DNA of 63,495 nucleotides, the filler included, from Octopus bimaculoides (lineage: Eukaryota), in assembly GCF_001194135.2 (NCBI RefSeq). It is 5 parts of 5 records of this genome, joined end to end, with 100 filler letters (N's around TTAATTAATTAA, not from the genome) between each part and the next. Parts side by side here need not be neighbours in the genome. Positions count along the whole stretch, not along the records: positions 24,775 to 52,492 come from NC_069001.1; 4 more parts are not named here. One strand, given 5' to 3'. The position numbers and the translations under genes are program-made. Position 1 is the stretch's first letter; each line of letters starts with the position of its first letter. Positions 39,096-50,887 of the stretch are shown piece after piece. The notes beneath the pieces are model-generated. The model was not told where the DNA came from, made no database searches, and was given only the letters and a program-made list of their open reading frames with translations.

Positions 39096-39615
39096 GATTA
39101 AAAATATCTTATTTCCCCACAAACTAATAACAGGTAAGGTATATATATTTGTTCAAATATTTTTCTTAAATAAGTTTTAAATAATTTTATTGTACTTTAG
39201 GGTAGGTTTTAAAATGCTTATATTATTTTATTATTATATAAGATATAACTTTTTATGTGTATTCTAGACAACAAGGTTGTCCTGAAATAGGGGTTGCGGT
39301 CCTATTGGTAAAATCCCAAATTTGTAATTTTATAAATGATACTGTCTACATTGCAGTAGTAAAGTGTAAAATAATAAATGTCCTGATAACATGGAATACT
39401 TATTATTCCTTAAGTTTTTAATATATATATATATATATATATTATTATCATTATTATTATTATTATTATATGTATTTATTTTCTGTAAGTTAATAATTAA
39501 CTCGGACAAAATAAATTGGTTAATACATACCAGGGTAGCAAAGATCACAAAATGACTGTGGTGTAACTCCTGTTTATGAGGTAGAAGCTCTTTGTTATTT
39601 TGGGTACTTGAGTAA

Positions 39616-40004
39616 ATATATAAATCTAGTAAATGGAGTAAAACGCATATGTTAAATGAATTCTTTTATTTCCAACATGTTTCTAAGATTACAAATTATA
39701 CCTTCCATAGGAATAGGTGATGTTGATAAGGATGTAATCTTCTCTTCAGGGAAATACATAGGAACCAGCTTAACGGTAAGACATTTTAACCAAATATGAT
39801 AACTGTAGTTAGAGAAGATTGCTACGTAACTTATTTGAAAAAGCCGTTGGAGGTTCCTATGTATTTCCCGGAAGAGAAGATTACATCCTTATCAACATCA
39901 CCTATTCCTATGGAAGGTATAATTTTTAATCTTCAAAACATATGTTGGAAATAAAAGAATTCATTTAACATATGAGTTTTACTTCATTTACTAAATTTAT
40001 ATAT
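39616..40004. mobile_element. Hairpin MITE with about 150-bp inverted arms
   Basis: 39616-39766 and 39852-40004 are near-perfect reverse complements around an 85-bp spacer; TA-rich ends. Confidence 0.8.
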
Positions 40005-40312
40005 NNNNNNNNNNNNNNNNNNNNNNNNNNNNNNNNNNNNNNNNNNNNNNNNNNNNNNNNNNNNNNNNNNNNNNNNNNNNNNNNNNNNNNNNNNNNNNNN
40101 NNNNNNNNNNNNNNNNNNNNNNNNNNNNNNNNNNNNNNNNNNNNNNNNNNNNNNNNNNNNNNNNNNNNNNNNNNNNNNNNNNNNNNNNNNNNNNNNNNNN
40201 NNNNNNNNNNNNNNNNNNNNNNNNNNNNNNNNNNNNNNNNNNNNNNNNNNNNNNNNNNNNNNNNNNNNNNNNNNNNNNNNNNNNNNNNNNNNNNNNNNNN
40301 NNNNNNNNNNNN

Positions 40313-40378
<66 letters not shown>

Positions 40379-40532
40379 TATCAATTTTCTGTATCTATAT
40401 ACATACATATACAGGGTGCGTAAGTTATTTGAGGACAGATTTATGTCTATAAAAAAAAACATATATAATAATAGATAATAACTTTATTTATCAAAAAATG
40501 CTATCAGGATATAAATGAACCTTTTCTGTAAT

Positions 40533-40690
40533 CATTATTTACATTATTTACATTTGATGGATATTTGTCCTCATCTTGTTTGTTGTTAACACAACGTTTC
40601 GGCTAATATACCCTCCAGCCTTCATCAGGTTTCTTGGGGAAATTTCGAACCTGAGTTCTCATTCCTAAGGGTCCTCATTCCTAAGATACC
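40533..40690 (-). mobile_element. Family C 3' module (left arm of composite insertion)
   Basis: Near-identical to the 16461-16610 tail. Confidence 0.8.
40588..40633 (-). ncRNA. Type I minimal hammerhead ribozyme in family C module
   Basis: GAAAC-CUGAUGA-A-GGCUG(GAGGGUAUAU)UAGCC-GAA-ACGU-U-GUGUU. Intact core, 5-bp stem II, palindromic ACGU stem III, GUU site, stem I 4/5 paired. Confidence 0.72.
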
Positions 40691-40860
40691 CACCACGAAA
40701 AATGAACAAGCTCAGTAACAATCTATTAAGCAACAACTACTCCCAAAACATACTATCCACTCCAATTATGAATAAAAGAGGGGATGAAACCAATAGACTG
40801 TTCACAGTCGGTCTACCCTGTCTAGAAGAAGAAGAAGAAGAAGAAGAAGAAGAAGAAGAA

Positions 40861-42832
40861 GGTAAAGATGATAAGATACGGCCAAAGAATAAAGGGTTAC
40901 CACCAGAATAGGTTATTCAGAGTAAATCAGAAGAGATTCTATAATGAAATAAATGGAGAGTGTACAGATGAAAATTTGATACCAGATAACATTGAAAGTC
41001 AAAGGTATTGGAGTGACACCTAGAGCAAAGATAAGGAGCACAAGAAGGATGCTGAATGGTTGCAAGAACTGACCAAAACATTTCAGTTAGGGAAATGAAA
41101 GAAATTAGCAAAAAAAATTAGCAATTGGAAAGCCTCGGGAGCAAATGGGGATCAAGGCGACTGGATCAAAAGATTTAGTGTATGTCATGCACGAATAGCT
41201 GCGCAACTCAACACCTTGTTAAATGCCAACCAAGTAACACCAGAGTGATTGACATTGGGTAGGACAGTGTTGTGTCTGAAAAACATCGAAAAAGGCAATA
41301 CGGTAGACAATTATAGGCCGATATCCTGTTTGCCACTTATGTGGAAGTTATTAACTGGAATATTCGTAGAGTCAATGTACGAACATCTGGGGAAAATGGA
41401 TTCCTGCCACATGAGCATAAGGGTTGCAAAAGTAAGTGCAGAGTTACCAGGGATCAACTCCTAATAGACAAAACTGTACTTAGAAACTGCAAGAGGAGGA
41501 AAGGTAACTTAGCCATGTCATGGATTGATTATCGTAAGGCGTACGATATGATCCCACATTGTTAGATTATGGAGTGTAACGATACCGTCGGGGGAAGTTA
41601 TGAAGCAGCTAGAAGAGATGGGCTATAAGTACTTAAGGATTTGGAAAATGGATAAATTGATGGAGAAAGAAATGACAGAAACATTTAAGGTGGAGTATTT
41701 GCGCAAACTGAGACTAATCCTTAAATCGAAATTAAATGGACGGAATAAGATCGAAGATATCAACACCTGGGTGGTTTCACTCCTTAGATATGGAGCAGGG
41801 GTAATCGCATGGACAGCAGACGAACTAAACAGCTTAGACAGAAAGACAAGGAATTTGCTAAATAGATATGGATCACTCCACCCAAAACGTAACACAGACA
41901 GACTGTATGTACCAAGAAAAAGATGGGGAAGAAGACTTATTGGATGCGAACACAGCATTAGAGCAGAAGAAAACAACATAGCATGGTATGTAAAAAAAAT
42001 GTCACAGAACCGCTATTATTACAAGTAGGATGTGTAGGATGAAAGATTGCAAAGATAAAGCACTATACAAGAAATTGAAAACGAATGAAATTGAAAATAG
42101 GCGGGTAAAGAAAAGAATGCATGGTCAATTTCATAGGGATGATGAAGATAAGACAGAGAAAAAAGATGGCTGCGGATGACTAAAAGTGGTTTGAAACCGG
42201 AAACGAAGGTTCTAATCTGTGCTGCCCAAGAGCAAGCACTAAGAACAAACTACATAAAATACAGAATAGACAACACAGCAGAAAGTGATAAGTGCAGAAT
42301 CTGTGGACACAACGGTGAAACCCTATGGCATATTACCAGCCAATGTACGCCATTAGCTCAGAAGGAATATAAGAGACGCCACAGCAATATAGCCAGGCTT
42401 GGCCATTGGGCACTCTGCAACAAGTATGGACTTGACAAATTAAAAAATTGGTACGACCACAAACCTGAATGCATTGTCGAAAATGATAATGCAAAGATCC
42501 TATGGGATTTTATGATTCTGTGCGACCATGGAATTGAGAATAGGAAGCCGGACATAGTCTTAATTGAAAAAGAAAACAAACTATGCTGAATCATAGATAT
42601 AGCATGCCCAGCTGATAACAAGGTATGCGATAAGGAAGAAAGAAAAGTCGAGAGATATGACAGGTTGGCTTGGGAAGGAAAGCAGTTGTGGTCGATGAAA
42701 AAGGTAGCAGTAGTACCAATAATTGTCGGAGCCCTGGGAGCAGTGAGTAAAAATCTCGAGAAGTACGTGGAACAAATAGGGGCTGCAATAAGGGTGGAGC
42801 ACTTGCAGAAAACAGCACTGCTTGGAACCGCT
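40861..42832 (+). mobile_element. Non-LTR retrotransposon fragment with restriction-like endonuclease (R4/Dong-like), internally deleted
   Basis: [66 protein letters not shown]; CCHC finger CRICGHNGETLWHITSQC; KILWDF, RKPDIV..IIDIACP, VVPIIVGALG, LQKTALLGTA. The central RT core is absent after about 41575. Confidence 0.88.
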
Positions 42833-42952
42833 NNNNNNNNNNNNNNNNNNNNNNNNNNNNNNNNNNNNNNNNNNNNNNNNNNNNNNNNNNNNNNNNNNNN
42901 NNNNNNNNNNNNNNNNNNNNNNNNNNNNNNNNNNNNNNNNNNNNNNNNNNNN

Positions 42953-43072
42953 CTGGAGGGGATATCAGCCGAAACGTTGTGTTAACAACAAACAAGATGA
43001 GGACAAATATCCGTGAAATGTAAATAATTTAAATAATGTACATAATTCCTCATCTCTTAAATATAGAACTGT
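42953..43072 (+). mobile_element. Family C 3' module (right arm of composite insertion; 5' part in gap)
   Basis: ctggaggggatatcagccgaaacgttgtgttaacaacaaacaagatgaggacaaatat... Confidence 0.8.
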
Positions 43073-44470
43073 CTTTTCTATAATGTTATTCAATAAAACC
43101 ACCTTCAGCTTCAACAACTGCTTCTGGACGAGATCTAAATCATTTACATGCTCGAATCAAGTGGTCCTGGTTCATTTTGGACATTACTCTGACTATGGCA
43201 GCTTTCAAAAAATCTTTGGTGAAATGGGCATGTTGATTGACCTCTCTCTCAACAACGCTCCACATGTAATAGTCCCAAGGATTGAGAACTGGGAAATTAG
43301 GAAGCCAAATGTTGGAGGTTATGTGATCATGAAAATTTTCAACCATCCATATGTGCAGACCCTTCTGAAGTTCTAACTGTTATGCATAGAAATGTGATAG
43401 TGCAGAGTCTTGCTGAAAAATATGGCCTTCCATTGCATACACTGTCTATCCAAGGCTTAACAATTATTTCCAGGACCTCAATGTAGGCAGCAGAGTTAAC
43501 ACTAAGACCTTGTGGAAAGAGGTAAGGAGGCGTCGCATATCCTTCATTGCTGTCAACCCCTAAAACCAAGACAGTTGCAGGAAATTTTGTATGCATAACA
43601 GTTAGAACTTCAGAAGGGTCTGCACATAATCATCTGTCATTTCTTCCGTTAACTTTTTGATCTTGGTCGAAGTTTTTCTCGTTTGGGAAAAAACCAAATC
43701 AAATCTGCTGGATTTTTCAGTTTGTTTAAAGGCCTTTTATATCTGATGTAGTGATTTTCTTTTGCTTCTTCTGGCAAATTGATCTTTCCTCATCATGTAA
43801 GAATTATATCTGATGTCTTCGTGGACAACATTTCTGACTGTTCCTTCTGACACATGAAGATCTTTTGCAATTGACCTCATGAACTTTCTGGGATTGTAAA
43901 CAATGGTCTGTTGAACTTTCTGGATAAATTCAGGTGTTCTGATGGTTTCAGAGCGTTTAGAAGGCTTTTTATGCTTTGATACTGGTGATACGTTCCCATC
44001 TTCAGTCATTAGCTCCTTACAAACATTGTAAGCGAAAGATCTGGTAACTTTTATAAATTGAGATATTTCTAAATCGCTATGCTCAGCCTTTATAACCACA
44101 ATAACACATGCCTCTTCATTCCTTGAGGAAGCTGAGGGTGTGCCATTATTATTTTCTAAAACAAAAATTATACAGAGTTAGAAAAAAATGCAGCAATGAC
44201 CCTAAAAAGGTATGTCCTCAAATACCTTATGCACCCTTATATATATATTTTAATAATAACTCTAAGGTGGATAGTTAAACCATAGGAATTCGTACGAGTC
44301 TCTTTCCTGTGCGGGACTATTTCTGATACACACTGAATTGAAATTCATTAGGGCGAGGGATTTTGAACTTACTGGCCGATAAATTTCTTAACGTCTTCCT
44401 CACGTGGTATTGATGTTCACATGGTCAAAATTAACGTGAGTTATTTAGACATTAACAAATTTATTAGAAT

Positions 44471-44529
44471 ATTTAGCTGAAGATCAGAATAGAGTATTTA
44501 CTCTTAACTGTGAAACAATTGTACTAAAT
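44471..44529 (+). ncRNA. Type I hammerhead ribozyme, palindromic stem III
   Basis: AUUUAG-CUGAAGA-UCAGAAUAGAGU(AUUU)ACUCUUAACUGU-GAA-ACAAUUGU-A-CUAAAU. Perfect 6-bp stem I; stem II partly eroded. Confidence 0.75.
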
Positions 44530-45589
44530 TAACTAAAGGCAAGTGTTTTTTTACTCTTCTCTACTGTTTTTTGTTCTGTGTGTACCAAAAATATCGCTAT
44601 CAATCTGGAGTAATAATTTGTAGTTTTGAAATCAGTAGTTCTTTGACTGCTATTTCTGAATTCTCAGTNNNNNNNNNNNNNNNNNNNNNNNNNNNNNNNN
44701 NNNNNNNNNNNNNNNNNNNNNNNNNNNNNNNNNNNNNNNNNNNNNNNNNNNNNNNNNNNNNNNNNNNNNNNNNNNNNNNNNNNNNNNNNNNNNNNNNNNN
44801 NNNNNNNNNNNNNNNNNNNNNNNNNNNNNNNNNNNNNNNNNNNNNNNNNNNNNNNNNNNNNNNNNNNNNNNNNNNNNNNNNNNNNNNNNNNNNNNNNNNN
44901 NNNNNNNNNNNNNNNNNNNNNNNNNNNNNNNNNNNNNNNNNNNNNNNNNNNNNNNNNNNNNNNNNNNNNNNNNNNNNNNNNNNNNNNNNNNNNNNNNNNN
45001 NNNNNNNNNNNNNNNNNNNNNNNNNNNNNNNNNNNNNNNNNNNNNNNNNNNNNNNNNNNNNNNNNNNNNNNNNNNNNNNNNNNNNNNNNNNNNNNNNNNN
45101 NNNNNNNNNNNNNNNNNNNNNNNNNNNNNNNNNNNNNNNNNNNNNNNNNNNNNNNNNNNNNNNNNNNNNNNNNNNNNNNNNNNNNNNNNNNNNNNNNNNN
45201 NNNNNNNNNNNNNNNNNNNNNNNNNNNNNNNNNNNNNNNNNNNNNNNNNNNNNNNNNNNNNNNNNNNNNNNNNNNNNNNNNNNNNNNNNNNNNNNNNNNN
45301 NNNNNNNNNNNNNNNNNNNNNNNNNNNNNNNNNNNNNNNNNNNNNNNNNNNNNNNNNNNNNNNNNNNNNNNNNNNNNNNNNNNNNNNNNNNNNNNNNNNN
45401 NNNNNNNNNNNNNNNNNNNNNNNNNNNNNNNNNNNNNNNNNNNNNNNNNNNNNNNNNNNNNNNNNNNNNNNNNNNNNNNNNNNNNNNNNNNNNNNNNNNN
45501 NNNNNNNNNNNNNNNNNNNNNNNNNNNNNNNNNNNNNNNNNNNNNNNNNNNNNNNNNNNNNNNNNNNNNNNNNNNNNNNNNNNNNNNNN

Positions 45590-45622
<33 letters not shown>

Positions 45623-45876
45623 TATCAGTTAGAGGAGTTTAAAACCTCTAAGGGATAATTATATCCAAAGGCACTCCTGGTGATTACCTGACTAGGTACA
45701 GTCCTTTGTAAAGTTGTACGGTAGCAGGTAGTTTAGGTTATATACACACACAATTATATATAAATATATATGTAGACCCACATCTATATTTAAATGTACA
45801 TTTAAATATATACAACACAGATATGTATATCCATAACGCAGGTATATTCACATAAGTGTGTATATCTATAGATATA

Positions 45877-46075
45877 CAGTCATTTGACTGCGGCCATGCT
45901 GGAGCACCGCCTTTAGTCGAACAAATCGACCCCAGGACTTAGTCTTTGTAAGCCTAGTGCTTATTCTATCAGTTTCCTTTTGCCGAACCGCTAAGTTACG
46001 GGGGCGTAAACACACCAACATCGGTTGTCAAGCGATGGTGGGGTGGGGGGACAAACATAGACACACACAAATATA
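45877..46075 (-). mobile_element. SINE family B, 3' half
   Basis: cagtcatttgactgcggccatgctggagcaccgccttt... Confidence 0.82.
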
Positions 46076-47293
46076 TACATATATATTCGTTCAAATAACT
46101 TTTTTATTTTATTGTTATCTCTTTTATAAATATTCATATATCTTCAATTTTACCCAAATTTTAATTTTCTTATTACTTTTATATCTTAATGCATCTCTTT
46201 TTGTTATAATTTGAAGTACCTTTTAATTATTTACCTATAATTTTTAATTTTTCTTATCGCTATATTATCAACTCTGCTAAGTTGTAGTAGGTTCTTTTCA
46301 TTCTCATGCAATGATTCCAGTCATGATTTAGAGCTTTATCCCCATAACCCTTATTCCATTATCCATCAAACTCTTCCTCTATTAATATTAAGATAATTAG
46401 TAACAGTTGGGTCAGCTTTCTTTTTCTCCTTATCCCTATCCTTCACTTCCTTATCACTACCCTCTACCTTTTCGACTTCTGGAGATAAAGCTTGTGTATT
46501 GGTTCCATCACAAACGTCCTTGATAATTTAATAGGTTGACCTGATCACAAATCATTTTCTGACCAGTAGACATTAAACAACTCCTTAATAGATAAACCGA
46601 GACTAATGGGGATGCACCATCCTCTCTTGTTAGAAGTAAAGATAATTGGGTCACTGGAGTCAATTATTCTTTCCCCTCCTAAAATCTCTACTAACCTCTA
46701 ATTTTCTCCGTTCTGATCAAATATACTCTATTCTAGTAAATCCATTCTGTCAACTGAAATAGTAGCAGAATCACTGTAAATGTTTTTGCTCCGTGGATTT
46801 TAAACTATGTTAAATCATTTTAGATGTCCTTTATTTTGAAGTTCATGAATTCATCTGACAAAAATGGTTTCTTTACAATGATATGTTTTCATTAATCAAC
46901 TGAAGCAGTCGTTAGAAACGGCCATAATGGATTGACACCTGTACCTCTACTGTTACTCATATTTTATTCACTTGTCCCGGAATCTGCCCTTTATAAATAT
47001 ATCTTAATATATAAAGCTGAAGATGTGTGTCTGTGTGAAGCCTTTTTAAAAGTTTATAGAAATCCACATTTTCCACTTTTTCATAAAATTTTTTACATCA
47101 ATGGAATTTTCTCGATGTGAACTTTCCAGTGCAGTAATTAGATTTTTGAAAATTCCGTTTACTTCGTGTGATTTAAGGGAGATTTGGCTGTTGTTTCTAG
47201 CAACTTTATATTTCTTCCCTTCTACCTGTACCGGCGTTCTTACACATCGATCCCGCGTTCAATATAAAATATGGAGAGTAAGAGTAAAAGAGG

Positions 47294-47339
<46 letters not shown>

Positions 47340-47882
47340 AATGATACATACAAAGTCATAGATTAACTTGCTTTGAGACTATTCTTTCGTTCTATCTACC
47401 TTTTCACTCTTACTTCGTTCTTCTTTCTCTCTCCCTTTTAATAGCTTTCTTCTATCCCTCTACCTCTAACATATTTTTCATAACATAGAAACGTAAAAAC
47501 ACACACAACCACACATACGTGATCTGTGACAACAACATACACATAAACACATACACACATCAACATTATAGATATAAGATTTAGTTTGTGTGTTTCTTAT
47601 ATAAACACGCGCACGCAATGCTATTTTATAACTGTCTTCCATTCTCCCTTCCTCTCTTTCTCTGTCTTCATTGCTCCCGTTCTCTATTCCTTTCTCCCCC
47701 CTCTCTCACTCTCTTCCTCTCCCTCTTCTCTCTCGCTCTCTCAAACGCATACGTGCGCACGTGCACACAAGCATTCACTACAATATAACTCATGTTCGTC
47801 AATGTTTTGTAAATATACAAACTACGGAGCTTATGTAGACAAGACAACACATTGTAAATCAGTGAACCTCATTAGAAATGTG

Positions 47883-48161
47883 GGTAATTTTTCAGATTAA
47901 CACCCGCACGGTTTTCACTAGGGTGTTAGGGTTGGGGTTTTAGGGTCAGGGTTAGGGTTTTAGGGTTAGGGTTAGGGTTAGGGTTAGGGTTAGTATTAGG
48001 GTTACGGTTACGGTTTTAGGGTCAGGGTTATGGTTTTAGGGTTAGGGTTTAAGGTTAGGGTTAGGGTTTAGGGTTAGGGTTTAGGGTTAGGGTTTAGGGT
48101 TAGGGTTTAGGGTTAGGGTTAAGGTTAGGTAATCGTGCGAGTGTTAATCTGAAAAATTACC
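47883..48161. mobile_element. Non-autonomous DNA transposon (Merlin- or hAT-like) filled with TTAGGG-type repeats
   Basis: 28-bp TIRs with 1 mismatch (47883-47910, 48134-48161) starting GGTAA; perfect 8-bp TSD gaaatgtg (47875-47882, 48162-48169); interior TTAGGG/TTTAGGG variants. Confidence 0.85.
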
Positions 48162-49472
48162 GAAATGTGAAAACTATCGACCCTGCCATCTATTATAACT
48201 TTTGTTTTTCTGTTTAATACGTACATAGATTATGCCTCCAAAAAGAGAGCTTGCTGGGGAAAGAAAGCAACCGGTTTAAAAAGACAGCAACAGACTGCAG
48301 CAATTCACCTCATTCANNNNNNNNNNNNNNNNNNTAGGGTTTAAGGTTAGGGTTAGGGTTTAGGGTTAGGGTTTAGGGTTAGGGTTTAGGGTTAGGGTTT
48401 AGGGTTAGGGTTAAGGTTAGGTAATCGTGCGAGTGTTAATCTGAAAAATTACCGAAATGTGAAAACTATCGACCCTGCCATCTATTATAACTTTTGTTTT
48501 TCTGTTTAATACGTACATAGATTATGCCTCCAAAAAGAGAGCTTGCTGGGGAAAGAAAGCAACCGGTTTAAAAAGACAGCAACAGACTGCAGCAATTCAC
48601 CTCATTCAAGAAACTACTTTGAACATAATGCAAACTGGTGCATCAACATCTGCCCAATCTGATAGAATTCTGGCAGAACTGTGTATCAACAGATCGCCAG
48701 CAATTGCTTCATCAATAATTGCCGTCCTAGTTGCTTCGAAAAGGGATTACCCTGCTATATATAATCAGAACAGCGCAAAAAGTTGTTTTGCACAAGCATT
48801 TGTATAGCAAATTAGACGGATGAAATTTACGTACACTTAATAATGTTACGCAAAACAGCCTTCAGACTTTCCCTATTAATTTCATCGTCTTTTGAATTAT
48901 GAACATATTTACATCATAAGGGTTTTTCCGTTGTAAGGCTTTCTTTTTTAGTTGATTTTCACCTAGCAAGACTTATCGTAGATGGCGTTATAAGTCATAC
49001 TCGGACAACGTCGGGTTATACTGCTAGTATTTAATATAATGTACATGTCTGAATAGCTCAAAAGCGGATTTCTTGACTCTAGTTGCCAATATACACTGCA
49101 TGAATATCATTCGACCGGTACTTATGTACCAAGTTTGATATTTACATAATATTGTTGTATGTGTATATCATTCCGACCTAACGAGGTGCTTCAATTTAAG
49201 CACCTAATTCGACTGAATCTTACTTTTTTCATATTTTCCTTTATTAGAGCAAATTTGACTTACAGCGAGTTTTTGGAACTTCAAGCTTCGCCTCTCGGCC
49301 TATTCAACCAGGTCAGCCGAATAAGTAGACTGGCGAAACTTAAACTGCAGTCGACTCAGTATTGAGTCAGGACATCAAATGTTCCATTGTTATTCTGGAA
49401 CTAGTTTAAAAATAACCTTATTTTAACATTTACACACCTATACATATGTTTATCTGCCTACAAATATATATA

Positions 49473-49703
49473 TCTTTTATCTCTTATTCGTTTCAGTCAC
49501 TTTTGACTACAGCCATGCTTCAGCACCGTCTTCAAGGGTTTTAGTCGAACATATAGACCCCAGAACTTACTTTTTAAAGCCTAGTACTTATTCTATCGGT
49601 CTGTTTTGTCGAACCGCGAAATTACGGGGACGTAAACACACTAGCACCAGTTGTTGCGCGCTGGTGGGGGACAAATACAAACACACACATACAGATATAT
49701 ACA

Positions 49704-49790
<87 letters not shown>

Positions 49791-49832
49791 ACGGGCTTTT
49801 TTCAGTTTCCGTCAACCAAATCCACTCACAAG
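49473..49832 (-). mobile_element. SINE family B
   Basis: Tail, (TA)n and body in reverse complement. Confidence 0.82.
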
Positions 49833-50627
49833 GTATCAGGTAATGGGACTGAACCCGAGACCATGTGCGACCATATATATATATTTACACACATTTTTTT
49901 CATATATGCACTCATACAGGTTTCATTTTTATGTCAATTTCAATGATAGAAAATTTCATGGTTATACTTTGATTGGATTGTCACAAGAACTATGATACAT
50001 TGGCCATACTTCTACTAACTTTTACATTACACTGATCTCGCGCAATAATCTTACCTTTTTCTCCTTTTTTTTTTCTTTTTCCCTTTATTTCATTTTCTTT
50101 TACACCTTTTCCTTCCCCCTTTCTTCTCTTGTCCCCTTATCCCTGTTTTCCTTACCATTGTCATTATTCATTCCATTCTTTCACTCAGATTTTCCCTCTT
50201 CCTTGTCTCGTCTCTTTTCCACTATTTTATGCCATAATCTTTCCCTCACCTTTTTCCTTATCTTCTGCCTAACGCCTTGCTACTATTCCGTTTGTCTCTC
50301 TCCTCCAAAAATCGCTACTTCAGCTATATAAACTCCCTCAGCCGTTTCCCACACCTTGATCATATGGCATTTAAAAGAAAGTTTCTGTATTTGATTACTA
50401 ACTAGTAACTTATTTGGGGGACTTTTGAGGATGGATTTCGGAAATTCTTTCAATCTTTGTCTTTATTTCATGTTTTAATGAAAGTTTGACTGCTTCTGTT
50501 GTTTCTTCCGATGTTTTAGCTGTATTTGTTTTGTGCTTCCTTGTTGCTCACGGTGGTCGAGTGGTTGAAAATTTGGCTGTTGTTATTGTGATTAGGGATT
50601 TTGTTACTTCCTTGTTTTGATAGTTGT

Positions 50628-50876
50628 TGTTATATGTTCATATCTATGTGCATGCATAGGTATACGTATATATGAATACATCTTCACTAGTAGTACTATT
50701 TCGTTAAGCGCATCTACTAAGCAGTATGAACTGTGTTTAAGGCAGATACGCACAGCGTGTATCACTCCGCTATAGACACTGTTTGAAAACATGTCAAATA
50801 AAGTAAACACGTAGAAACATAACACGCCTTCGGTGAGTTGTTTACTATCCCACAAAGAACAAAAGAATACATAACA
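50628..50876 (+). repeat. 5' LTR of the Gypsy element
   Basis: Ends TGTTAT...ATAACA, contains AATAAA, and is immediately followed by the PBS. The left boundary is inferred because the second LTR is not visible. Confidence 0.7.
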
Positions 50877-50887
50877 TGGTGGCAGCG
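50877..50887 (+). promoter_or_regulatory. Primer binding site TGGTGGCAGCG
   Basis: Directly follows the LTR terminal CA; complementary to a tRNA 3' end (CGCUGCCACCA, tRNA-Leu type from recollection). Confidence 0.75.

Larger units (their letters stand above)
40412..44238 (-). mobile_element. Tc1/mariner DNA transposon (probably DD37D/maT), decayed, with nested insertion
   Basis: Left TIR cagggtgcgtaagttatttgaggaca (40412-40437, preceded by TA); right TIR reads aagggtgcataaggtatttgaggaca on the minus strand (44213-44238). Transposase fragments in ORFs 43737-44099 (HTH region), 43339-43596 (TKFPATVLVLGV) and 43140-43346 (IWLPNFPVLNPWDY). DD37D is inferred from motif style; the spacing is disrupted here. 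Confidence 0.88.

Noticed and set aside
48043-48608. Identical 274-bp tandem duplication including the right TIR of the telomeric MITE
   Set aside because: 100% identical across a short N gap, so unmerged contig overlap.
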